From a virus, in the IMG/VR virus record IMGVR_UViG_3300034175_000063, positions 1 through 64,000 of that record: 64,000 nt of DNA; one strand, given 5' to 3'. Positions 55,805-64,000 of the stretch are shown here, piece after piece. How positions within the stretch are numbered: the first letter of the stretch is position 1; each line of letters begins with the position of its first letter. The position numbers and the translations under genes are program-made. The notes under the pieces are model-generated. The model saw nothing but the letters and a program-made list of their open reading frames with translations, searched no databases and was not told the DNA's origin.

Positions 55805-57319
55805 TTACAAACCGGCTTCTTTTCGTGCTTCGCGGACTTGCTTCTGCTGTGCACGGGTCAAGACGCCGGATTCTTCCTTGTCGTCGATCCAGTTGAGAGC
55901 CTTCTGGATATCAGCACGCGGAGCACCACGCTTGAGCATGCCGACGGTGGCATCGAAGTTCTCGGTGACATCCGCAACACGGGCAGCCTGTGCTTGTTCA
56001 CGGCGGTTCGGGTTCGAGCCAGCAGCCATGTCGGCCTTCAGCTTGAACTCGTTGACTACCGCGTCCTTGCGACGCTGCTCTTCCACCGATGCCTGACGCA
56101 GCCGGGCCTCACGGTCCACTGGGGCCGGTTGTACCGGGGCTGCTGGCTGTGCCGGCGCCGCTTCTGCTGGTGCAGCTGCTGGACGATTGCCACGGAGGTT
56201 GCCATACAGACCAGCCTCGTTTACCTTCATCCGGTCACGGAGGCGGCCGGCTTGGCCTTCCAGGGCCAGGCTTCGTGCTTCCAAGGCTTTCGCCTGCAGA
56301 GCCGAACCACCCGACAACGCATCAGCAGTGTCGTTGACTTCACCACGAATGTGGCTGTCACTGCGCCACCAGCGTTGGTATGTACCCATCACCGAGGAGA
56401 GCGCATCCGACGTCAGCATGTTCGGATTTTTGATCTTCATTTCGTTGAAGGCCAAATAGGCAGAACGCTTGGCGGCCGCATCCGTCATTTTACCGATCTC
56501 ATCGACGATAACCTTGGTGCCTTCAGCCGATGCAGCCGACATCTTCGACACTTCACCGATCTTGGAGATCGTTTCACCGTACAGCTGCTCCAGCTTGTTC
56601 TGCTGGTCGAGTGCCTGGGTACGCTGATTCAAAGCCAGATTGCCTTGAGCGATACGCACCTGTGCCGAAGAGTTGGCCAACTGCCCTTCAGCCATACGTT
56701 GACCGTGTGCCATGTTCTTCAGGTTGGCTTCATGCGTCGACTGGCTGCGGACCCAGCCCTTCTTCTCTTCGTCCCACACCTGATCTTCATGGGTGTTGGT
56801 ACGCAGGAATCCTTCCAGCTCGGAGCCGTGCTTGCCGCCCAAGGCAGCGTACTCAGCACGATACTTCTCGATGAGCTCAGGATTCTTGGCTTGCACCGCC
56901 GACTTGAACTTGTCCATGACCGGTGCGGTCTTCTCGTTCAGCATGGCGTTGTTGAAGTCGACACCCATCTTGACCTGCTTGTAACGCGAGTCGAGCAAGC
57001 CTTCCGCGGCGCCGCGCACCTGATCATGATTGATGGCGTTGCCATAGCCGGCCTTGAGCTGGTCTACTGCACCACTGGCGATCGCTGCCTGCAGTTCTTC
57101 CGGCGTCTTGCCCAGCTGACCCAGCTTGTTCAGGAAATCCTGGGTGTTGTTGGTCTTGATGGCCACGTCATTCTTGGCCTGGATGTCTTCGCTCTTGCCG
57201 ATCTGCGCTTGCACGCCGTCGAAGGCACCATTCAGGCTGCGTTGGGCCGAGTCCATTGCACGCCAGGCGGTACTTGCATCCGCCTGATTTACGTTCTGCC
57301 AAGTAATTGGTTGACCCAT
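55805..57319 (-). CDS. Virion/ejection protein (N4 gp51-like position)
   Basis: PITWQNV N-terminus; helical; upstream of vRNAP. Confidence 0.7.
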   Translation of the reverse strand: MGQPITWQNVNQADASTAWRAMDSAQRSLNGAFDGVQAQIGKSEDIQAKNDVAIKTNNTQDFLNKLGQLGKTPEELQAAIASGAVDQLKAGYGNAINHDQVRGAAEGLLDSRYKQVKMGVDFNNAMLNEKTAPVMDKFKSAVQAKNPELIEKYRAEYAALGGKHGSELEGFLRTNTHEDQVWDEEKKGWVRSQSTHEANLKNMAHGQRMAEGQLANSSAQVRIAQGNLALNQRTQALDQQNKLEQLYGETISKIGEVSKMSAASAEGTKVIVDEIGKMTDAAAKRSAYLAFNEMKIKNPNMLTSDALSSVMGTYQRWWRSDSHIRGEVNDTADALSGGSALQAKALEARSLALEGQAGRLRDRMKVNEAGLYGNLRGNRPAAAPAEAAPAQPAAPVQPAPVDREARLRQASVEEQRRKDAVVNEFKLKADMAAGSNPNRREQAQAARVADVTENFDATVGMLKRGAPRADIQKALNWIDDKEESGVLTRAQQKQVREARKEAGL

Positions 57320-57320
57320 A

Positions 57321-57791
57321 TTAGATCCCGTTCTTCTTCATGTAGTCGCCGACCGACTGGTAGGCGCTTGGATTGCTGGCCACGCGGGCTCGCTGGCGGT
57401 CTTCGAGCTGCGAGTTCACGGTTTTCTGCTGGGCACCGAAGTTCAGTTCAAACTGCTTCTTCGATTGGGCCAGCTGATCCTTGGCCAGGCCATACTGCTT
57501 CATACCCATCCAGGCGTTGCCCAGTCCTTGCAGCACGCCGATGGCCGTGCCGCCCCAGCCTTGGGTGGTGACACCGTTCTCGGTCGAGCCAAGGAAACCG
57601 GAGTCCTTGCCCCAGCTCTTGAGGCTGTCGAACATGCCACCACCGCCACCGATCGTGCCATTGCCCGACGAAGCGAAGTCGATGCCGGCCAGTGCCGGAT
57701 TTTGCAGCGATCCCAGGTAATCAGTACCGCCGAATTGCGATTGTTGGAATACTGGCGACGTGCCACCATTCCACAAATTAGGTGTTCCCAT
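57321..57791 (-). CDS. Structural protein (N4 gp52-like)
   Basis: Gly-rich N-terminus; N.QLEDRQRAR; synteny. Confidence 0.75.
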   Translation of the reverse strand: MGTPNLWNGGTSPVFQQSQFGGTDYLGSLQNPALAGIDFASSGNGTIGGGGGMFDSLKSWGKDSGFLGSTENGVTTQGWGGTAIGVLQGLGNAWMGMKQYGLAKDQLAQSKKQFELNFGAQQKTVNSQLEDRQRARVASNPSAYQSVGDYMKKNGI

Positions 57792-60024
57792 AAAAATTTT
57801 CTCCTAGAGTTTGTGTGAGGGTAGGCAGTGTGAGCTGAACATCGCAATACGACGAGATCGCATCATTACCAATAGGCCCAATGTTACCGGAATGCACGGT
57901 TCGTTGATAGAAGTCATGAGCGGTTTCACCGAAAATAATGATCGGATCTACACGAATACTGCCATTTAGGAGGGCTTGAGCATCCTTCAACCGCTGTTCT
58001 TCGTGAGTCACGAAGGTTTTGAATGACTCAGCTTCCTTCTGGAGCAGCTCCATCGAGTTCTGGACGTTCTCCTGGATACCCGAGGTGATGCCTGTGCTCA
58101 GCTGCAGCAACTCCGATGCCCACGGCGCTCCGGCGATCGACCCTGCATCAAATGCCTGGTAGGCGCCGTACAGCGCAGCGATGATGGCCACGATGATGGC
58201 GATCTTGATGCCTACCGCTTTCACGAACAGCTTGATGATGTACGCCATCAGCAACTGCTGGAGGATCTTCATCAGGATTGCGTAGACCACCGCTAGGATG
58301 GCCGCCGTTGTACCGATGGCCACCGCCGCAATGAGCAGTTTGATGGTCGAACCCCACGACAGAATGGTGATGATGATGGCCACAATGATCATCAGGTACT
58401 TGAACCAGCCCTGCTGATACCACTTGATCTCTTGGACCACCCGGCTGTTGAAAATGTAATGCAACGACCGGGCGTACAGCGTCTCACGTTGGGGGATCGA
58501 GTAATGCATGGTGATCGACCGATCAATCGGGATCAGCAGGAACTCATCGTTCTCATCAGCGGTCACGTTGTATTCGTTGTAAATATGGTACACCTGACGT
58601 AGGTTGATGATCCGCACCTCTTCGTACACGGTCGCCGAGATCTGCTTCCGATAGAAGTGGTACTTCACCTTGGTCGTCCACGTCTCCGGCAGACCGGTCT
58701 GGGCATTCTTGCCCGTCTCAACCTGGTCCTCATTGCCCCACCCCATCGCATAGGTGCCGACGGCGCCGATGTTACCCGGCGTCTTCACCTTGAAAATGTT
58801 CCGGAAACCGAGGCCCATCTTGAACTTGGCATCCTGGATGATCGTTTGAGCATCGAATACGGAGCTATCGAGCGCCTTCCAGATGAATCCATCTGGCTTC
58901 TTCACGATCGGCTTCAGCGTTCCACCGGTGACAGCATACTGGGCCGAGAAATACTCGAACAGGTAGCGCATCTCCAGCTGCTCTGTCGTCACGGCCGGCA
59001 CGCACATCATCATCATGGCTTGCTCGATGTGCTGGATGTCCGGGTTCTCGTGGATCGCGTCCGTCACATCCTGATAGTTCATGTTCAGGTACTTGGCCAG
59101 CTTCACGCTGGTCTTGTACTGGGCCGATTCCTTGTCGACGTCGACACGCTCCTTGTTGAACCGGAAGTAAAGCCAAGGGAAATAGCTGCCCGTGTTCTCA
59201 TACGTCGGCTTGTACATCACGTCGATGGTCGGGTGACCGCCCGAATCATCCTGGTATGACCAGTACGCCGGCACGCCGTTGCGGGTGTACTTCACCTGGT
59301 AGTAGCTGGCCGAGTCATCGACAGCTGCGATCGTGATGTTGAACTTGTCGGTCTGCACCACGCCGGCCGCGTCCGTCCAGCAGTATTCCACCCGCAGGTA
59401 GTCGCTGTTCACGGTCGCATCGACCTCGAATGGGCTCACCATGCGAAGCTTGCCGGTTTCCCAAGTCTGTCCTGGACGATCGGGGCTCGGGCCGGCCGAC
59501 GGCTGGATGCCCCACTGGGACAGCGAACCATTCTCCATTTCGGCCAAGGTGGCATCAGCCACCACGACGATCATGTCCTTCAGGAAGACTGGCCGGCCTT
59601 TGGCCGTGCTCAAGGCACCCAGCTGATTGGTGATCGGGTTATACCCGTGCACCGCCATGAGCTGTGTCCAACCGTAATGCAGGTTGTTGAAGGCGCCGTA
59701 GTGGAAGTAATCCACGGTCACCGGGCCACCGGCCGCGGCTTCGATGATGCCCATCACCACTGGCTTGCTGGTCTGGGTGCTCACGTTGGTCGCCTTCGGC
59801 AAACCATTGACGTAAGCACGCTTGCCATATTCGTAGTACCGATGCGCACGCAGGCCAATAGCCGAGGTCAGCTCCTCCATGGCGTGTTCGATCATCTGCT
59901 CGTCCGATTCCACCAGCGATTTCATCGCTCCGGTGAGAATCGAATCCGGCAGGGCACTATCCTCAATCACTCGTGTGATGGACGTGGCCACGTATGTCTT
60001 GTACTTGCTGCTGAATAAACCCAC
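57778..60024 (-). CDS. N4 gp53-like protein with a hydrophobic C-terminal region
   Basis: MGLFSSK..YVA; KWYQ.GWFK followed by TM-like stretches; synteny. Confidence 0.75.
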   Translation of the reverse strand: MGLFSSKYKTYVATSITRVIEDSALPDSILTGAMKSLVESDEQMIEHAMEELTSAIGLRAHRYYEYGKRAYVNGLPKATNVSTQTSKPVVMGIIEAAAGGPVTVDYFHYGAFNNLHYGWTQLMAVHGYNPITNQLGALSTAKGRPVFLKDMIVVVADATLAEMENGSLSQWGIQPSAGPSPDRPGQTWETGKLRMVSPFEVDATVNSDYLRVEYCWTDAAGVVQTDKFNITIAAVDDSASYYQVKYTRNGVPAYWSYQDDSGGHPTIDVMYKPTYENTGSYFPWLYFRFNKERVDVDKESAQYKTSVKLAKYLNMNYQDVTDAIHENPDIQHIEQAMMMMCVPAVTTEQLEMRYLFEYFSAQYAVTGGTLKPIVKKPDGFIWKALDSSVFDAQTIIQDAKFKMGLGFRNIFKVKTPGNIGAVGTYAMGWGNEDQVETGKNAQTGLPETWTTKVKYHFYRKQISATVYEEVRIINLRQVYHIYNEYNVTADENDEFLLIPIDRSITMHYSIPQRETLYARSLHYIFNSRVVQEIKWYQQGWFKYLMIIVAIIITILSWGSTIKLLIAAVAIGTTAAILAVVYAILMKILQQLLMAYIIKLFVKAVGIKIAIIVAIIAALYGAYQAFDAGSIAGAPWASELLQLSTGITSGIQENVQNSMELLQKEAESFKTFVTHEEQRLKDAQALLNGSIRVDPIIIFGETAHDFYQRTVHSGNIGPIGNDAISSYCDVQLTLPTLTQTLGENFYGNT

Positions 60025-60040
60025 GACATCTCCTGCAGAT

Positions 60041-60070
60041 AAAAAGAAGGGGGACCACTCGGCCCCCCTT
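60041..60070 (-). terminator. Intrinsic terminator after the gp54-like gene
   Basis: AAGGGGG...CCCCCTT with an upstream A-tract. Confidence 0.6.
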
Positions 60071-60087
60071 GTCTGGTGTGACGCTAG

Positions 60088-60837
60088 TTAGGCGCCGACA
60101 CCGATGAGCAGCTTGTTCACTGCTCGGCCCACCGCCGAGTCGTTCAGCATGTTGGTGTTGTCGGCCACCGTGGCTTCGTCCGTCATTCGACGTGCATTCC
60201 AGGTGTCGACCATCACCTTCGCTGCTTTCTGCTCAGCGTCGCGCGTGAAGCCCTCGGTCTGAGCGGTGTACAGCGCCTTCTGCTTGCCGATCACGCTGTT
60301 GGCATCCACACCGAGCTCCAGTACCTGGGCCTTTTCGGTTGCCGTCTTCTGAATCAGCAGCTGGATCTCAGCCGTGGTCTTCAGGTTGGTGTTCACCAGC
60401 AGGTCATACTCAGCTTCGAGCTTGCACTTCTGGGCCGTCAGGACCGTACCTTCGATGACCGAGTTCAGCGTTTGCTGGGTGGTCAGCGCGGTTTGTGCCG
60501 TGATCTGCAACACTTCAGCTGCGATCTTGGCCTTGCCGGCTTCGAGGATTTCACGCTCGATATTCGCCTTCAGCACTTCGACTTCGGCCAGGATAATTTG
60601 CTGGGCGAGCAGTTGAGCTTGCAGGGCAACTTGACGCTTCTGTACCACGAAGGCCATCGAGTTGGCCAGAACCTGGTCCAACGCACCCAGATAGACCGTG
60701 GCGTATTCTGGACCCTTGATCCGACCCTTGTTGAATTCGAGTTCCAGATGGGACTTCATCGAAGCCATCAGTTTGTCGAACACGCCATCCCCGGAGGGGA
60801 GGCCAGTGGTCAGTTCAGTGAGTGGAATTTCAGTCAT
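60088..60837 (-). CDS. Structural protein (N4 gp54-like)
   Basis: G.GVFDKLM...HL..EF.KGRI.G.EYA.VY; GKQKALY..Q. Confidence 0.8.
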   Translation of the reverse strand: MTEIPLTELTTGLPSGDGVFDKLMASMKSHLELEFNKGRIKGPEYATVYLGALDQVLANSMAFVVQKRQVALQAQLLAQQIILAEVEVLKANIEREILEAGKAKIAAEVLQITAQTALTTQQTLNSVIEGTVLTAQKCKLEAEYDLLVNTNLKTTAEIQLLIQKTATEKAQVLELGVDANSVIGKQKALYTAQTEGFTRDAEQKAAKVMVDTWNARRMTDEATVADNTNMLNDSAVGRAVNKLLIGVGA

Positions 60838-60869
60838 GTTCTATCCGAGTGAGTTGAGTAGACCGACGC

Positions 60870-61673
<804 letters not shown>

Positions 61674-61720
61674 GATGGTCCTATGAATGAGGTTCAGCGT
61701 TGTTCGTTGAGACTGAGTTC

Positions 61721-61746
61721 AGAAAAGGGAGGGGTTTCCCCCTCCC
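61721..61746 (-). terminator. Intrinsic terminator after the major capsid gene
   Basis: GGGAGGGG...CCCCTCCC with an A-tract on the left. Confidence 0.75.
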
Positions 61747-61754
61747 CCTGGCTA

Positions 61755-62930
61755 TTACAGCTTGGCCGCGGTCTTGATCAGGGCGATACGCTCAGGGCGC
61801 AGGGCCATGAAACCGTAGTACCACTTGATCGACATGAAGCCGGTTTCGCCGTACGGGTCGTTGCGATCGGCCGTCTCGTCACCCGGCTTCTTGTGGGTGA
61901 TCTTGAACTTCACGGTCTTGCCGTCGGTTTGGAAACCGATGGTGGTGAACGACTCGTCGCCGACAACCAGCAGCGGGAAGACGTCGTACTTGTTCGCCGT
62001 CTCGTAGCAGGTTGCGTCAGCCGAAGCGTCGGCGCCAGCGCCAGCCCACTTCATCATTTCCGGCACGATGACGATGCGGAACTTGTCCACGGCGCCCTCT
62101 TCGCCCAGCACGGTGTTACCACCAGCTGCATACTTCTCGACCGAGATGTAGGCCGGCTCGTTGTGCAGGTCTTTCATGGCGCGGAAGGTCGGGATCATTT
62201 CCGAACCGGCGTACATGATGCGAGCTGCAGGCAGCACGCGGGTGTCGACCAGACGGGTGCCGGTGATCACGGTCGTGTGCTTCGGCGTGCGGTTGTTGTC
62301 GAGGTCGATCGACAGGCGCATCAGGTCAGTGTACGACACGATGTCGTCGCCGCCGACGGTGACGTTCGACACGGCGTTACCAGCGAACTTCACGGTGCCA
62401 GCGTTGTTGATCAGGTCGATCTGCAGCGCATCTTCGGTGATTTCGTTCGCACCGTTGATCATCTCGCGGTTGACGTGCTGGAGCAGGTCAGCGTCCGAGT
62501 CGAAGTCCACCGATTCCTGGGTGTATTCGTCGAAGAAACCGAACTTCTCGAAGGTGCCTTCGATGGTCTTGCGCTTGAAGCCGACGCGGTTGACGCGGCC
62601 GCCAGTTTCGGACAGCACAGGCATCTTGCCCGAGATGGTGCCGATGTCCTTGGACGAACCGTACAGGTTGCCGTTGGCGATCACTGCACCAGCGGCGTTC
62701 AAGCCCTGGTCGTTGATGTTGGCGTCGTCGAGCAGCGGCAAGTAGTGATACTTGACGATTTTCTTGCCCATGTTCTTAGGCATGGACGTGACGTCGGCCA
62801 GCTGCGTGAAGAACTGCAGCTTGCGTGCTTCGATCAGTGCCTGCTTCTGGAAATACTGATCCATCAGCTGTGGGCTCATGGTCGACAGGTTGCCTGGGGC
62901 GTTACCGCCGTTATATTGACGTGCAGTCAT
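61755..62930 (-). CDS. Major capsid protein (N4 gp56-like)
   Basis: MPKNMGK.I..YHYLPLLDD.NINDQG, GNLYGSSKDIG.I, GGRVNRVGF, DPYGETGF.SIKWYYG. Confidence 0.95.
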   Translation of the reverse strand: MTARQYNGGNAPGNLSTMSPQLMDQYFQKQALIEARKLQFFTQLADVTSMPKNMGKKIVKYHYLPLLDDANINDQGLNAAGAVIANGNLYGSSKDIGTISGKMPVLSETGGRVNRVGFKRKTIEGTFEKFGFFDEYTQESVDFDSDADLLQHVNREMINGANEITEDALQIDLINNAGTVKFAGNAVSNVTVGGDDIVSYTDLMRLSIDLDNNRTPKHTTVITGTRLVDTRVLPAARIMYAGSEMIPTFRAMKDLHNEPAYISVEKYAAGGNTVLGEEGAVDKFRIVIVPEMMKWAGAGADASADATCYETANKYDVFPLLVVGDESFTTIGFQTDGKTVKFKITHKKPGDETADRNDPYGETGFMSIKWYYGFMALRPERIALIKTAAKL

Positions 62931-62967
62931 GGTGATACCTTTCAGTGTGTATATAAAGTGGGTTGGT

Positions 62968-64000
62968 TCAGAACTTAAATTGCTTCATGTCGTCATCCGA
63001 CATGGCCAGAGGGTTAAAGTCGGCTGGAACCGAGTTGCCCGCTGGAGCAGCAGCCTTGGTGCCGCTTGCTTGGCGCCGCTTGTCTTTCAGCTTGTCGTCT
63101 TCCACCTGCTTAGGTTTTGGTGGCACGATTACTGGCGCCGTGGCTTTGGTTTCCTTCTTCGACTGGGAGCTACCCGGTGTCAGATGGTTGAACCCGCCGC
63201 GCGCGTTGATCGCATCACCCACTTTCTGATAGGCTTGGAGGTCGGACAGACCCTTCAGTCGGCCAAAGGTACGCTCGCTTTCGATTTCCGCCGCTACGAT
63301 ATCGAAGATCCCGACGCTGATGTGGTCGTTGATCAGTCGAATCACCTGCGGATTCTCAGCTACTTCACTCTTGGACGACTTGTCCCACTGGTTGGCTACC
63401 ACATCCAATGTCCGTGCGTAGTGCTCGCTGCCTTTGATGTCGGCGAGAACTTCGTCCAGTTCCATTGACTGATCGTCAACCGTGTGGTTGCCAGGCTTGT
63501 ACTCGCTGGCTTTGGCCGCGGACAGATCCAGAGGATCCATCTTGCGATCAAGAATTAACTTGTTGATGGCGTTGGTGTCGCCCTTGTGCAGGTCGATGAG
63601 GAAGCCCAGCTGGGATTCGTCCATCAAGCCAGCACCCTCGAGCATCTTCACCAGCTTCAGGCTCGGCTTCAGGCCGGCCATCTTCTTGTTGTAGTTGGCG
63701 CCCATCTGCATCAGCTGGATGGCGTCATCGACGCTCTTCACTGTGATGTCACGGCCATTGGCCTTGAATGGAGCAGTCAACCGCTCATATGCTGCTTTGT
63801 AGTCGATGGCGCCGCTCTCGTCCTTGGCGTCTTCGACGCCGGACTTCGCTTTGCCATCGCCTTCGTCCTTTACTTCTTCTTTCTTGCCGTCGGCAGCTGC
63901 GGCTTTATCGTCGGCAGCTTTGCCGTCCGTGCCTGCAGCAGCTTTGTCTGCCGCACTCGCCGCATCTGCAGCACGGCTTGCCACATCAGCCGCCTTGTCG
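62968..64000 (-). CDS. N4 gp57-like protein (5' end beyond the window)
   Basis: PFKANG..I...LMQMGANY.KKM; NPLAMSDD C-terminus; upstream of the capsid gene. Confidence 0.8.
   Translation of the reverse strand, partial: DKAADVASRAADAASAADKAAAGTDGKAADDKAAAADGKKEEVKDEGDGKAKSGVEDAKDESGAIDYKAAYERLTAPFKANGRDITVKSVDDAIQLMQMGANYNKKMAGLKPSLKLVKMLEGAGLMDESQLGFLIDLHKGDTNAINKLILDRKMDPLDLSAAKASEYKPGNHTVDDQSMELDEVLADIKGSEHYARTLDVVANQWDKSSKSEVAENPQVIRLINDHISVGIFDIVAAEIESERTFGRLKGLSDLQAYQKVGDAINARGGFNHLTPGSSQSKKETKATAPVIVPPKPKQVEDDKLKDKRRQASGTKAAAPAGNSVPADFNPLAMSDDDMKQFKF

Overview
This window is a ~64 kb internal segment of an N4-like (Schitoviridae) podophage genome with GC-rich codon usage; the host is plausibly a proteobacterium, which is an inference. 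The + strand carries middle/replication genes: a ClpX-like ATPase, a MoxR-like AAA and a metallopeptidase-vWA partner, a Dda/RecD-like helicase, a family A DNA polymerase, rIIA/rIIB, ThyX, a class II ribonucleotide reductase, an exonuclease, a primase, a Sak4-like ATPase, SSB and a RuvC-like resolvase. A minus-strand tail-fibre plus lysis block sits between rIIB and thyX. The minus-strand virion block holds the ~3,450-aa virion RNA polymerase, N4 gp51-55-like proteins, the major capsid protein and a truncated gp57-like gene. The most unusual observations are: (1) a ~750-nt highly base-paired non-coding stretch (44566-45310) with three tandem tRNA T-arm hairpins, a loop-E-like motif and long-range pairings, a candidate large ornate ncRNA; (2) a complete acyl carrier protein domain with an intact DSL serine embedded in rIIB; (3) a stand-alone release-factor GGQ-domain homolog with GGQ changed to GGW; (4) a ClpX-like ATPase lacking the IGF and GYVG loops; (5) a pair of candidate immune-signal sponge genes after SSB; (6) a Tyr-to-Phe change in vRNAP motif B. 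All family calls come from manual motif recognition; no database searches were run.
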